A stretch of 64,000 bases of DNA, taken from Octopus sinensis (lineage: Eukaryota). The notes under the pieces are model-generated. The model was not told where the DNA came from. It saw only the letters and a list, made by a program, of their open reading frames with translations, and did no database searches. The DNA is taken from the NCBI RefSeq assembly GCF_006345805.1, contig NC_043014.1:46128001-46192000 (forward strand). The letters are read 5' to 3'. The translations under genes and the position numbers were made by a program. How positions within the stretch are numbered: the first letter of the stretch is position 1; every line of letters begins with the position of its first letter. Shown in pieces: positions 13,381-26,460 of the stretch.

Positions 13381-13625
13381 ACACAAGGAAATTCTCATAG
13401 TGACCATACTTCAACAAATGGTTTACAGTCAAACGCGAGATATAGGCCAGGTATGTCCAAAGCCTCATGGCACAGTAATACATATTCCAGACAACAGGCT
13501 TCATGAAGCTGCAAATACTACAACGCATCAAAAAGCAGATCAGTTGTTTGACCATCATCAAACAAACCTATATACAAAAACATTCAGGTTATTCTTTTCT
13601 CTTTTCCTTTCTTTTCTTTTACTGG

Positions 13626-13796
13626 TTTCAGTCATTTGACTGCGGCCATGCTGGAGCACCGCCTTTAGTCGAGCAAATCGACCCCGGGACTTATTCTTTG
13701 TAAGCCCAGTACTTATTCTATCGGTCTCTTTTGCCGAACCGCTAAGTAACGGGGACATAAACACACCAGCATCGGTTGTCAAGCAATGCTGGGGAC

Positions 13797-13830
<34 letters not shown>

Positions 13831-13990
13831 CGGGCTTCTTTCAGTTTGCGTCTACCAAATCCACTCACAAGGCATTGGTCGGCCCGAGGCTATAGTAGAA
13901 GACACTTACCCAAGGTGCCACGCAGTGGGACTGAACCCAGAACCATGTGGTTGGTAAACAAGCTACTTACCACACAGCCACTCCTGCGCC
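13626..13990 (-). mobile_element. tRNA-derived SINE family B, full length, with internal (AC)n
   Basis: Minus-strand head GGCGCAGGAGTGGCTGTGTGG...GGGTTCAGTCCC. Near-identical copy at 23606-23964. Confidence 0.9.
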
Positions 13991-14161
13991 TATATATAGC
14001 TTATTTATTTTTTTTTTTTTTCGTCTCCTCTCTAGTCACATTAACAATGTGACTGTTGGAAAAAAACTTCGGAAATAGTGAAGCATAGGAACCAGCTAGC
14101 TAACTGCAGCACCACAGTGAAGATATGACAGTTGAGAGTTTGGCTGTCGTTAGGGCATTTA

Positions 14162-14466
14162 TCTTTATATATATAAAACTGAAGTTGTGTGAGAGTGTCT
14201 CCTCCGATTTAGATTCCTAACTACTCCCACATTTTGCGGTGCAGTTTAACCAAAACCGGGTATCTTATAGTCGTGATTCATATCGAGCCCTTCTGGGTAT
14301 TAGCGCGCGTCTACGATGAGTCTACAATTTAAAAAAAAAATTTACCATCATTTTTTCGTTTTTTTAATGCAATTTTTGCTCGGTATATATATGGGAAGTA
14401 ACTCTCTAAAATGCTTATATAGTTATTTCCCTTACAAACCCGAGCAACGCTGGGTGATACTGCTAG
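14162..14466 (+). mobile_element. Non-autonomous Helitron (305 bp)
   Basis: Starts A|TCtttatatatataaaa. Ends with the subterminal hairpin CCCGAGCAACGCTGGG followed by CTAG|T. Inserted between A and T with no TSD. Confidence 0.85.
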
Positions 14467-14602
14467 TTTATATATAAAATGCCATATGAAGCACCCTAAT
14501 GCATAAGTAGAGCCTGAAAGATTGCTTTGAGATACTTGATGTATTTTATGAATATTCCAGCTCAAGTATCATAACAGCATGAAACTGAGTAGCTCTTTCA
14601 AT

Positions 14603-14860
14603 TGTGACAAGATATGCAGTTTACAAATGATCAGGGTTAAAAAAGAAAAAAAAAATTCCCTGCATAAACTAAGTCTTAAGATATGATGGGGAAAAAATAT
14701 TTAAAGAATATTCTGAAATAACTTTTGCTATACCTGTTTATTCCTAAGATAATGAGAGTTATCAAACTGCTAGAAACAGCAGCCAAATCTCTCAAATCAC
14801 ATCCTACCACAATTTAAAAAGAAAAAGACAATATAGTCTCAGACATACACCACTTCTGAA
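14603..14860. repeat. Local duplicated segment, copy 1 (copy 2 at 17970-18203)
   Basis: Runs from gacaag(a/g)tatgcagtttacaaatgatcaggg to ctcagacatacaccac; near-identical in both places. Confidence 0.85.
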
Positions 14861-15334
14861 GAAGTGATATCTCCCCCTAGATGGAGGAGTACGTTTTTTT
14901 TTTTTTTCGTTGATTCTACCTCTACTGGGTCTTTAAACTGCATGCATGTTGGGATTCTAGCAAGGTGCCCTATTGGATTTTACCTTTTATTCGGGAGTAG
15001 GGAGCAATAGACCCTTTTACAGGGCCTGCAAGATTTGTGTGAGGGAGAGGCAGACCTCTTCAAACCAGAAAGCAGGTCCAAATACCTATGACTGGATTTT
15101 GCTAAAAAGGAACCAAGAGGTGCAAGGGAGTGCTTTTAAATTGGATGATGGGTTAAGTATCTTCTGCCAGTAGGCCATGTAAGATTTGAACTCAGAACAC
15201 AAAGAACCAGAAAAAATACAAGGGATCCAGGCTAATGTTTTTACAGTTCTGCCACGGCTTTGATTTAACAAAAAAAAAAAAAAAAAAAAAAAAACTCAAA
15301 AGAATGAATGGCAAAGTTCACTGATAATTTCAGC

Positions 15335-15530
15335 TCTGAATATAAGTGCAATCCCAGGTTCAAGTTCCTTTCAGGGAAAGAATTAAAAGAAAAATGTCAA
15401 GCTCTTTCCATGCCATACAATAGGATTGAACTCAGAACCTTGCGATTGCAAAACAAATTTCTTAATTCCCTAGTACGTACGTACGCATACACACACAACC
15501 TGCGACAAATCCAAACAGGTAAAGGAATGT
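15335..15530. repeat. Dispersed near-identical copy of 5815-6010
   Basis: Shares aatataagtgcaatcccaggttcaagttcctttcagggaaagaattaaaagaaaaatgtcaagctcttt and the sequence that follows. Confidence 0.85.
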
Positions 15531-15699
15531 TTCTATCTGACGCCCTAAAGACTGCTAATTCCCTGCCTGCTGACCATTCCATGGATAGAGAACAAGTTAA
15601 GACAAGGATTCACCAATGTTGAATGATCAGCATATCTTAAGCTGTGAGCTAACCAATCTCTTATGGAAATGGAAGACGTTGGATAAGTCTGGGTGGCAG

Positions 15700-16370
15700 T
15701 GGGCCCAAGCTTTTAAATGTGAAATTGTTGCCGGCGGCTGATTGGGTGGGGTCAAAAGTGGTTTTGACCCTATAGTCCCAATCAGCTTCCAAAGAACTGC
15801 TATTTCCAGATTTTTTGAAAATGGCCAGCTGCAGGTACCCAGTGATACTTGAGGGACGCCCCCACCCCAAGTGTTACTGGCGCCTGGAACGGGGCCATAA
15901 GAAGAACTGTCCCCAGTGCCAAAGTAGGGTCCTAGATGCAGTTAGTAAAAGTAGCGTTCCCCCCCTCCTCCTTCAGAGTGACAGATGGAGGCAGTCGAGG
16001 AGGTGGAGACCTCCTCGAAAAAAAGGAAAAGGTGGGCAACCGTTGTTGCCCACCGAAGGACCCCAAGGCTATGAGGAGGGGGAGAGAAGATCTTCTCGAT
16101 AAAGCAGAAGAACTACACCCTTCTGTAGCATAAGGGAGAAAAAAAAAAGGGACACTGCTGGCAGGTTCTGAAACCTCGTCAGTGGGAATTGTGCCACCGA
16201 CAGAGGAAACTGTGGCCCCTCCCATTAGGATGAATGTGATCTTTCATAAGGGAGGGGCTGTACAGAGCTTTGTGAAGAAGCTAGAGGGCCAGAGGGAAGG
16301 GGTCCTGTCCTGTATGGAAGGCCCGGATTAGCCTCCGCAGGTCATAATGGGAAATGATGTGTTTCTTTCG
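15700..16370 (+). pseudogene. Degenerate gag-like ORF1 remnant of the L1/Tx1-like family
   Basis: WVGSKVVLTL...LFPDFLKM...VILEGRPHPKCYWRLERGHKKNCP parallels WQGQSITMAI...IPEVLRL...VFVEGRKPRCFGCGKKGHVRAEC of ORF 40007-41029. Confidence 0.5.
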
Positions 16371-17137
16371 TTATCGTGAATGACTTGTTGCTGGGACCTG
16401 AAGCACATATTTTTTCAAATATTTACACCGGATAAAACAACCACCTGGTGGAAGGGTTGAGTCGACATATTTGGGATGGGCTCCAAATTAAAATAAAAAA
16501 GAAAACCGAATGTGACTATTTAGGATATCGTCTTGAAAATGTTTTAGCTTGTTTTTACTGCTTTAATATCTTTTGGGACAGTGGGATCGTCCTGGCCATG
16601 ACATAATTATACCTCGCCATTAGTGATGTGCACAGGACACAGGCACAAAGTGGGACCACCCACTATAAACAAAGGGAATAGATACTAAAAAGTCCATAAT
16701 ACCATAGATGGACTCCTTTCCCAAGGACCAATACAGTTTTGGTTTCTGGAGCCCCGACTTAGAACTGCAGGATTGCCTGGGGGTTGCAAATTACCTGGTT
16801 GGGGAAGAAAGGTAAGAGACCTTAGTGCCTTAAATTGAAATTTGAATGCTATACTTTGGTAAGAGGATCAGCACCCCAATTTCTAAGGATGATTGCGTCC
16901 ATTCTTTGAACTTTGGTAAGAGGTTCAATACCTCATTTTGTCTTGTTGAGAAAGAGAGAATGTTTTCAAGAAGCAGTAATCGGTGAACAGTGTCTGCTTC
17001 CCCCACCAACCATCTTTTCATTCCATTATCATTTGTGTCTTTGTCCAGCCCGCAGCTACGTCTTTGTAAGGCTGCAGAAGGCCAATTTACGAAATAAAGT
17101 CTGAGTATAATGTCAATAGCAGAAGGCCAATCCTAGC

Positions 17138-17332
17138 TTGAAGCCCAAGGTAAGCATTCGGAGTCACTCCGAAAAGCTCTATCTACGACGATTTCATCTC
17201 AGTCGAAGGAGAGGGGCGCTCTTCGTCCGGGTTGCGGATCTGTGGAATAAGCTGCCGGACGAGATAGTGAAGATGCCGACGACCGCTCGGTTCAAGGTCT
17301 CTCTTGACCAGAAATGGCCTGAACTTCAATGA
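17138..17332 (+). mobile_element. CR1-clade LINE 3' coding fragment
   Basis: RSHSEKLYLRRFHLSRRRGALFVRVADLWNKLPDEIVKMPTTARFKVSLD matches the CR1 C-terminal pattern RGH..KL...RV...WN.LP...FK..LD. Confidence 0.85.
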
Positions 17333-17613
17333 AAATTTTCCGGAGTTTCGCTTGAGATGACGAGTATATTACGTTAATCTTTTTATCTCTTGTTTCAGCC
17401 ATTGGACTGCGTCCATGCTTGAGCACCGCTTTGAAGGGTTTTAGTTGAACAGATCAAACCCAGTACTTGTTTATCGTATTTATCGGTGTCTTCCTGAATG
17501 AATAGCATGTGTCTATCACGTCACAATCGTTTTTTGCTTCCAACACACTGTCTCTGATCAAATCACTTTGCCTGGCAAGTACGCCTCCGTATTTGATAAT
17601 ATTACATATAGAG

Positions 17614-17783
17614 ATGAAGAGATAGTGAAGATGCCGATGACCGCTCGGTTCAAAGTCTCTCTTGACCAGAAATGGCCTGAACTCTTTGTATGGCCACCCT
17701 CCCTGTACATAACTCCCTGTCCCCCTACATGGCCTTGCTTTTGCATTTTTGAGCCAATAAAAATTGAATTGAAAAAAAAAAAA
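17614..17783 (+). mobile_element. CR1-clade LINE extreme 3' end with UTR and A-tail
   Basis: Repeats EIVKMP.TARFKVSLDQKWPEL of the previous fragment, then continues into a short UTR, aataaaa and an A-run. Confidence 0.8.
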
Positions 17784-17969
17784 ATATTGGGGGACCCCAG
17801 GACACCTGAACGATGTAACCCATTGGAATCATACCTGTGAAATCAAATAGGGAGAGAGTAGGGAGAGTTGGGGTTTTGGCGGCAGATTTTATAAGGTCCG
17901 TCTGTTCTTGGAACAGGTGAAGTAGTCTTCTCTTTGCTTAAACTAGAAACCACTTAGAACCAGCCGGCT

Positions 17970-18203
17970 GTGACAAGGTATGCAGTTTACAAATGATCAG
18001 GGTTGCATAAACTAAGTCTTAAGATATGAAAGGAAAAAATAATTTAAAGAATATTCTGAAATAACTTTTGCCATACCTGTTTATTCCTAAGATAATGACA
18101 GTCATCAAACTGCTAGAAACAGCAGCCAAATCTCTCAAATCACATCCTACCACAATTTAAAAAGAAAAAGACAATATAGTCTCAGACATACACCACCTCT
18201 GAA
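17970..18203. repeat. Local duplicated segment, copy 2 of 14603-14860
   Basis: Direct sequence comparison. Confidence 0.85.
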
Positions 18204-18519
18204 GAGACAGGATGGACTGGACAATAGCCACAGGTCAATTCCTGAAGTCATGAAAAGCCTCCCACAAAGTGTTGCATAGTGAGGGGCTAAACCTTACACT
18301 CACTATTACATACCATAAATAAAAAATTTTTTAATCAGCAGGGGATGTTTAGAAATTACAGGAAGGAAATTCTTTAAATTAGCAAATTACAAATGTTTCA
18401 AAAAATTCTTCCCAGAAGATACAAGAAATTAAACACAACACTGAGGTGGTGGCTGGTGAATAGATGCCAACATTTATACAGATGCCGTAAGGTCAGTACT
18501 AAATCATCATCTTTCAGCA

Positions 18520-18927
18520 GTGTATCATCGTCAGTCATCATTTCACATCCACCTTCCATGCTGTCATGGGTTGGACAGTTTGACAGAAGCCTGCTCTAGA
18601 CTTCTGTTTTGGCATGGTTTTTATGGCTGGATGTCCCCGCTAACACCAGCCACCCAGCAGAGTGGGCCGGGCCAAATGGTGGCACATAAGTGCCAGTGGC
18701 ACATAAAAAGCACCATCCGATCGTGGCCGTTTGCCAGACTCGTCTGGCACGTAAAAAGCACCCACTACACTCATGGAGTGGTTGGTGTTAGGAAGGGCAT
18801 CCAGCCGTAGAAACATTGCCAGATCAGACTGGGCCTGGTGCAGCCTTCTGGTTTCCCAGACCCCAGTCGAACCGTCCAACCCATGCTAGCATGGAAAGCG
18901 GACGCTAAACGATGATGATGATGATGT
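18520..18927. mobile_element. Two SINE-like family D copies in opposite orientation, (GAT)n-tailed
   Basis: ttccatgct..catgggttggac on + at 18555-18580, and its reverse complement gtccaacccatgctagcatggaa at 18874-18896 followed by gatgatgatg. Confidence 0.8.
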
Positions 18928-19267
18928 GGCACAAGCACAGGCAAGATCAGTCTTTGTAAGGATTTTACAGCTTGGATGCCCTTCCAAATGCTGACCACTT
19001 TACAGTGTGGGCTGTAGGCTTTTTACATGGAAGTTTATTCTACAAGTTATACATAGACAGAAATCAAACCTTTGTAAGGTTAAGCCAAGCAAACAGACCC
19101 TGTGTGGGGCTAACCAGGTAAGTGTAACTGAACCACCACAAGTTTGACCAAATAAAACCAAAACCCCTGCAGGGAGTAACAGTCCAGATGCTATAGGGAA
19201 AATCAGACCAGCCAAACCAAACCACTATGTGGTTAGTCTGACTTCAGTTAACAGTTGAAAATAAATA

Positions 19268-19499
19268 CCTATTTCTTTATTACCCACAAGGGGCTAAACA
19301 CAGAGGGGACAAACAAGGACAGACATAGGTATTAAGTCGATTACATCGACCCCAGTGCGTAACTAGTACTTAATTTATCGACCCCGAAAGGATGAAAGGC
19401 AAAGTCGACCTCGGCGGAATTTGAACTCAGAACGTAACGACAGACGAAATACCGCTAAGCAATTCGCCTGGCGTGCCAACGTTTCTGCCAGCTCGTGCC
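19268..19499 (-). mobile_element. SINE family A, full length
   Basis: Near-identical to 3091-3320. Confidence 0.9.
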
Positions 19500-20686
19500 T
19501 TTATAAATACCACATACTGGTATTTAAGCCACTAAGTGGATCAGATCTAGGGAAGTTATTGGAATTTGTCACAGAAATATCAGCAGATATTCAGGTTAAA
19601 TTATTGATTTAAGATTTAAATATTTACATATTATCTTTCAGCTTATGTAAAGAAACTAAGTTCCTTTTCTTGCTTGTATTTCCCAGTTGATTCTTGAAAA
19701 TTTCCATTGCATCAAGCCATAAGTACAAGGTATGTTGAAATAAAAGAGATTTTGCTGTAAATGTTTGTAGTAGATCTTGCTAGCATGAAGAGGATTCAAT
19801 CCACCATAGCCGAATTTAAATTAACACTGCAACAAAACTTTTCCCATGGTGGGAAAGAAGGTAAGTCAATGACTGACTCCAATACTTCACTGGGACTATT
19901 TTAATCAATGCCTAAGATATGGAAGGCTAAATTGATTGATAAAATTAAGAATGAGAACATAATAACAAGCATTCACCAATGTATACTTCACTACTTTTTT
20001 AGCCATCTGTCGTGGCCAACAACAACAACACTTGACAGGGGTCATCCTTGCCAGTGAACATGAAGACTGACTTGGTTGCAGATCACAACAACATAAAGAG
20101 ACATTGCTAAGGTGCAGTCAAAGTTTAGTAGGTGGATAGGTGGGGGTGGGGGAACAGAGGTCAGGAGAGCCCATGTGACAGAGACAATGTCAAGGCTAAA
20201 TACAATTTGAAAATTTTTTTTTTTAGCTGCAAAAATGGCCACAAGATACGAGATAAAACCCGTCACAGCAGATGGCATGACTCAAATCTTGATTAGATAG
20301 TAGTGCATACCATTGTCTTTCAAAGCATATGGATGCTGTAATGTACCAGTAATTACTCTTGCGGAAACCTCTAACTAGTAACATTACTCTTTACAAATAC
20401 AAGATATAAATAAACCATTGTCCTGCAATCATTTGAGATGGTCAGTTTGAAGTGTTTGTCACTTCTGTGCCATAGATCTGTTCAAGCAAAGCTGACAGGC
20501 TTAAGATACATTTCATAGATATTAGACCAAGACTTGACGAGTAGCCACGGCATCTACATGGCATAACTACATGATGGTGCAGCAACAAGTCCAGTATGAA
20601 ATATTAAATGCAAGGACAAACCATTGCTCCGGCCACCATACTACAGGTATGTTTGGGGCAGACATGTGCAAACTACAAATGATAGT

Positions 20687-21083
20687 ACCTATTTCTTTAC
20701 TACCCACAAGGGGCCAAACACAGAGAGGACAAACAAGGACAAACGGATTAAGTCGATTATATCAACCCCGAAAGGATGAAAGGCAAAGTCGACCTCGGCG
20801 GAATTTGAACTCAGAACGTAACACTAAGCATTTCGCCCGGCGTGCCAATGTTTCTTATTTCTTTATTGCCCACAAGAGGCTAAACATAGAGGAAACAAAC
20901 AAGGACAAAGGGATTAAGTCGATTACATCGATCCCAGTGCGTAACTGGTACTTAATTTATCGACCCCCGAAAGGATGAAAGGCAAAGTCGACCTTGGCGG
21001 AATTTGAACTCAGAACGTAACGGCAGACGAAATACCTCTAAGCATTTCGCCCAGCATGCTAACGCTTCTGCCAGCTCACCACC
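20687..21083 (-). mobile_element. SINE family A, tandemly rearranged (about two copies)
   Basis: The tail motif cccacaag occurs at ~20703 and ~20869, each followed by the core; one A-box head at ~21070. Confidence 0.85.
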
Positions 21084-21512
21084 TTTTTTCTATTCCTTTT
21101 TTTTTACCCACTAAAGCAGCAGCTTGTTCTGCTGGATATAGAGACCAACACTTCCTATAATGATATGCTAATATCTCTAAAACCAAGATATTGTATGATG
21201 TAGTCCTTGACATATTTCTAAAAAAGATCGGGTCAGAGATAGAATACTTTTGATCCTAGATCTGATAATGGAAGTCTCCAACCTAAACAACCCAGCCATA
21301 AAATTTGAGAGCAAGCATTCAAATATTTTGTTCAGAAGGACAAATCATTACAGCCTTTGCAGAGAAAGGGACAAGCTATTAATATATCAATGTTTTATCA
21401 ACTTTTAAAACAAGTGACCAGGTAATTGTCTGGCCTTGTATCGGATCGTACATGTTTAAGGGTTGAGACCCATTTCAGCTTCAATTCTTTTTTTTAATCT
21501 TTCCTATCACAG

Positions 21513-21631
21513 GAAACGATGTGAAAGCCCTAGCAGCTATTTCTAGTAAGATGGATGACCTTGTCAAGGATCCTTTGGATAAAATAGTGATATCTACTCG
21601 TGATTTGAACTTGAAACAGAAGACTTCATAG
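21513..21631 (+). CDS. Candidate terminal coding exon of an unidentified gene
   Basis: Strong acceptor ttctttttttttaatctttcctatcacag|G, then an open frame (G)NDVKALAAISSKMDDLVKDPLDKIVISTRDLNLKQKTS*. No homology recognised. Confidence 0.25.
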
Positions 21632-21749
21632 CTAAAGCAGTTTGATATGCTTTCTACCATATTTAATTCTAGTCTGAACATAAAGTCACAAGTATAGATT
21701 GGTGGTAGTAATACAGCTGATTAAATCAGTCCCAAAAGGATAAAAAAAA

Positions 21750-22208
21750 AAAAAATCAAATTTGATTCCAGTAGGTTTTGAACTCAGAACATAAAAGATT
21801 GCAATGCAACTGCAAGGCACCTAGTCTAGTGCTGCGATTCTGCCAACAAAATTAATGCAAGCACAATGCCATTTGTAGTAAAAAATGAGGTTTTCTGTTC
21901 CAGAAGGATAAGAAAAATTTAATTCTAGCAGGATTTGAACTCAGAGCATAAAAGATTGCAATTAAATACTGCAAGGTCAAGTACTCTAATTCTACCAGCA
22001 ACAAAGAGAATTTCTAACGCAAGCACAATGCCATTTGTAGTAAAAAATGAAGTTTTCTGTTCCAGAAGGATAAGAAAAATTTAATTCTAGCAGGATTTGA
22101 ACTCAGAACATAAAAGATTGCAATTAAATACTGCAAGGTCAAGTACTCTAATTCTACCAGCAACAAACAGAATTTCTAACGCAAGCACAATGACATTTGT
22201 AGTAAAAA
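21750..22208. repeat. 162-bp tandem repeat (~2.8 copies) containing a SINE-head remnant
   Basis: gcaagcacaatg at 21857, 22019 and 22181. Each unit includes atttgaactcaga (reverse B-box). Confidence 0.9.
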
Positions 22209-22447
22209 TATTGTTAAGTATACTGACTTGAATACTTAACTGGTATTTTATTTTATAGACCCAAGAAGAACGACAGGTAAAATTGACATCGGTATTGATT
22301 TCAACTAGAACAAATTCAAAGATTTATTTTCTTACTGTTAGAAAGTCAGGAAAAAGCATATAAGAATGGCTGAATTAATAACACCACATTGGGAAATTAA
22401 CTTTCAAAAACAGAAACAGAATACCATTAGCTGCCAATTTCTAATTA

Positions 22448-22834
22448 TGATGGAAGCACTCCGTCGGTTACGATGATGGGGGTTCCGGTTGATCCGAATC
22501 AACGGAATAGCCTGCTTGTGAAATTAACGTGTAAGTGGCTGAGCACTCCACAGACACGTGTACCCTTAACGTAGTTCTCGGGGATATTCAGCGTGACACA
22601 GAGAGTGACAAGGCCGGCCCTTTGAAATACAGGTACAACAGAAACAGGAAGTAAGAGTGAGAGAAAGTTGTGTTGAAAGAGTAGAGGCAGGGATCACCAC
22701 CATCCCCTGCCAGAGCTTCGTGGAGCTTTAGGTGTTTTTGCTCAATAAACACTCACAACGCCCGGTCTGGGAATCGAAACCGCGATCCTATTACCGCGAG
22801 TCCGCTGCCCTAACCACTGGGCCATTGCACCTCC
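22448..22834 (-). mobile_element. tRNA-derived SINE family C, full length
   Basis: Minus-strand head GGAGGTGCAATGGCCCAGTGGTTAGGGCAGCGGACTCGCGG...GGTTTCGATTCCC. Copy at 28755-29138. Confidence 0.9.
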
Positions 22835-23605
22835 TAATTTCTAATTGTAGACTAATTTAAATGGTAGGCCATTGTCCTGATGCTGACATTCTCATCTACG
22901 AGAAACTTTTGGTCATAAATTAACCATCCTGAATGAAAGGGTTACCAAGGACGTTTGAATAAATCTCATTCAATATCTAACCTGGTTATTTATGTAGCAT
23001 TGGCAAAGGGTAGAGTAGTTGATCAAGTCGGCTTAGGTCCATTTGATTGGTACCGTACTGGACTTACACCAGAAAATTCAAAGGCAAAATTGGCAGAATG
23101 TGACAAGATACAACTGAAATACTGCCTAGGCAACTCACATCAGACTACAGGACCGATTCCAACACTGTCACACTAAAAAGGGCAGAGTAAATAACATAAG
23201 CACAGGGCCTCAAATTTTAGAAGAGGGTATAGTCAAACAAACCCTAATACTGAGCCAGCACTTTATTCGACATGAATTCAGATTTGAAAGAAAAAGGAAT
23301 ATAATTGATTACAATGAACAGCTAAATCTCCCTGAATCTCGTTACGTAAAGGTTGAATATATTAGGTCATCAAGTATGAAATTTCTAGTAAGGTATATCA
23401 AACTTAGAAAGCTGACATCTTTCTCTATTCTAACAAAAAATATTGTCAAAATACAATAATGGGTGCAATATGGGCAGCTGTCAAACTCATTTTGCGCTTT
23501 ATAAAGTATTTATCCAGCTCCAAACAAAAATAGCAAAATCTGATCTGTAAGTCGGAAATTTGTACAGAATCTGGATAAAATTTTGATACTCATATTTACT
23601 CATTT

Positions 23606-23964
23606 ACTTGTTTCAGTCATTTGACTGCGGCCATGCTGGAGCACCGCCTTTAGTCGAGCAAATCGACCCCGGGACTTATTCTTTGTAAGCCCAGTACATA
23701 TTCTATCGGTCTTTTTTGCCGAACTGCTAAGTGACGGGGACGTAAACACACCAGCATCGGTTGTCAAGCAATGCTAAGGGGGGGACACACACACACACAC
23801 ACGACAGGCTTCTTTCAGTTTCCGTCTACCAAATCCACTCACAAGGCATTGGTCGGCCCGGGGCTATAGCAGAAGACACTTGCCCAAGATGCCATGCAGT
23901 GGGACTGAACCCGGAACCATGTGGTTGGTAAGCAAGCTACTTACCACACAGCCACTCCTACGCC
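23606..23964 (-). mobile_element. SINE family B, full length
   Basis: Near-identical to 13626-13990. Confidence 0.9.
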
Positions 23965-23967
23965 CAT

Positions 23968-24122
23968 AGGAAAACATCTAACTCAAATGATGCTGTGAAA
24001 CAGGTCTTCCAAGATTTTATTGCATCTAGATTGCCAGGCTTTAAGAGTTCTGGGCTGGACAAGGCTACCGCTGAAATGGCAGAAGTGTATTGACAATACG
24101 GGTGCATACTTTGCTGAATGAA
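23968..24122 (+). pseudogene. mariner transposase C-terminal fragment
   Basis: GKTSNSNDAVKQVFQDFIASR...GLDK(L)PLKWQKCIDNTGAYFAE* matches the mariner ending G+..L..RWQKC+...G.YF. Confidence 0.8.
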
Positions 24123-25687
24123 AAAAGTTTGCTAATGTTTTTATAAATACAAGGAAGAAGTTTTCTTTTCTACAAATTTTCTACTTTATGACCTAACATA
24201 ATGGCTAGAATAATCCCAAACATAATTTCTCAGTTTTTGCTTTGTTTTAAGAGCTGGATGCTCTTAACCACTTTACAGTGTGTACTGGGTACAGTTTACC
24301 ATAGCACCAGTACTTTTGAAGGTTGTCTTGGCCATACCCTACACTAAAGGGTCCTCTCAAACTGTTGCTTGCTTTAGTTGCCAACCACTTTACAGAGTAT
24401 ACTGGGTGCATTAATTTTTTTTTTTTAACAGCAGTAGTGATGGTCACCTTCACAAGAGCCTCCGTCATCAAAGGACATGGAGAGGAGAAAAAGTGACAAC
24501 TTTAGACACGGAATTGAGAGAAGTTACAGAGTGACAAGAGGAACAGATTTATTAGTGAGGTTGGTGACGGAGAGCATAAGAGGTACCAAAGTATGTTCTC
24601 AAAGTATGTGTAGATGTCCAGTTGTATGTAGTTAATGGGGTTTTGTACAAGTGTGCAGTGTTTTAGGACACCTGATATCACTTTTTGTTTCATCTGTGGA
24701 GAACTGATCATTGCTCACCTTTATTAAGGAGTCTTAAAATATTCCCTGCATCTGATAATGACCTGGTGATCTGGGATGTAGGATGATAAAATTCAAGATT
24801 TTCCAACAGCAAAGAGAACTGGTATTTTGTTTATTTTACTTGAAGTGGTGTGTCATGCATTTGTGACGAGATCTTTGGAGACCACATTGGATGATATTGC
24901 ACTTTAGCAGAAGATGAGGAGAATGGTGGTTAGTGAAGTCTAGAGTTTAGAGGACAGTCGCATGTCATAGATTCGGTTCAGATATATGAAAGGAGAGATA
25001 GAACTATGAGAAGAAACAGTCTCATGAAATGATAATTAAATGAAATAATTGCAACATTGTTAGATTATGTAGGATGTCTCTGTTAAAGAGAAACAAAGTT
25101 TCGGAAAGTTAGTCTATTTCTTTTGCGGGCCTAAATATTGAGCTATTACCTGGTCCCACAATGGAAAGTATAAAAATACTGAGCAAAACCCTAGTGGTCA
25201 CCAGCCAACCACTGATGATAACAATGTCCCACAACAATAAACTACAGAATATTTATAGAGATAAATAAGTTTTACAATAAATTGTAAAACTTGGAAATAT
25301 TTATTTCAGAGAGTCCAGTTCTGAAGGAGAGGGATCTTCTGAGAGTGGCTAAGAGGTTAGGAAGTGATTGGTGGCAAGTGGGTGAGTATATTTGATTTCT
25401 ATATATTTTACTTTCACCTCATCTATTTTATTTGTCAGAATGAATGAGAACAAGTTACATTCCTCATTTCCAATTGATAGGTTATCTGTATGACAATTTT
25501 TATTTACGATATTCCTGATATTTCATAAAATATCCACTGAGGTTAGCATGGTTAGTAATAATGGATAAACTAGAAAATAGAAATGGCGTTTAATATTATC
25601 TTTTGGAAGAAGGAACTAAAAATGGAGATTTTTGTAAAAAGCCAACATATTAGTTACTGAAACTATACCATGACGCACACCTAAAGT

Positions 25688-25897
25688 GCAGTCAAGCACA
25701 TACTACTAAGCTTAAACCAAATCAATCTGGCCCAGGTAGGGCCATCCAGAAATAGACAACCAGTGGCTTTTAACCAAAGGGTTGTGACATATCTGCAGTC
25801 AAGCAGATACTACTAAGCTCAAACCAAATCAATCTGGCCCAGGTAGGGCCATCCAGAAATAGACAACCAGTGGCTTTTAACCAAAGGGTTGTGACAT
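25688..25897. repeat. 107-bp tandem duplication (2 copies)
   Basis: gcagtcaagca at 25688 and 25795; the copies are near-identical. Confidence 0.9.
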
Positions 25898-26223
25898 ACT
25901 CAGATATCAAACAGTAAGGGGTGTCATCACAAGGTTTATTCTGGAGATTAGAATTTCTGTTATAGTATAATGAAAAGGTATTCAATACCAATAAAAGGAT
26001 ATAGGATATGGTGAAGCATCTAGTGGTAAGGGTCCAGTTTGGAAGTTGTGGGGAGTGTGGAGTCACCTCTTAGCTACCATTTCTCACAGGTCCATTTTGA
26101 CACAAAACAGTAGTATCAGTCAGGGTCCCATCTATGGGGTTAAATAGATTTTTGCAAGGGTAGACTGAGCCCCTTAGCTACAGTAAAAGTAATCAATCTA
26201 GGAAAATATAAGCTAAAATTAAT

Positions 26224-26460
26224 ACCTATTTCTTCATTACCCAAGAGGGCTAAACACAGAGGGGACAAACAAGGACAGACAAACGGATTAAGTCGATTAC
26301 GTCGACGACCCCAGTGCGTAACTGGTACTTAATTTATCGACCCCCGAAAGGATGAACGGCAAAGTCGACCTCGGCAGAATTTGAACTCAGAACATAGTGG
26401 CAGACGAAATACCGCTAAGCATTTCGCCCGGCGTGCTAACGTTTCTGCCAGCTCGCCACC
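26224..26460 (-). mobile_element. SINE family A, full length
   Basis: Near-identical to the other family A copies. Confidence 0.9.

Noticed and set aside
19687-19729. Small exon bounded by cccag| and |gtatgt
   Set aside because: All three frames contain a stop codon.
22760-22834. tRNA genes at SINE heads (also 13915-13990, 29060-29138, 31130-31208)
   Set aside because: A/B boxes are present, but each continues into a multi-copy SINE body and lacks a proper acceptor stem.
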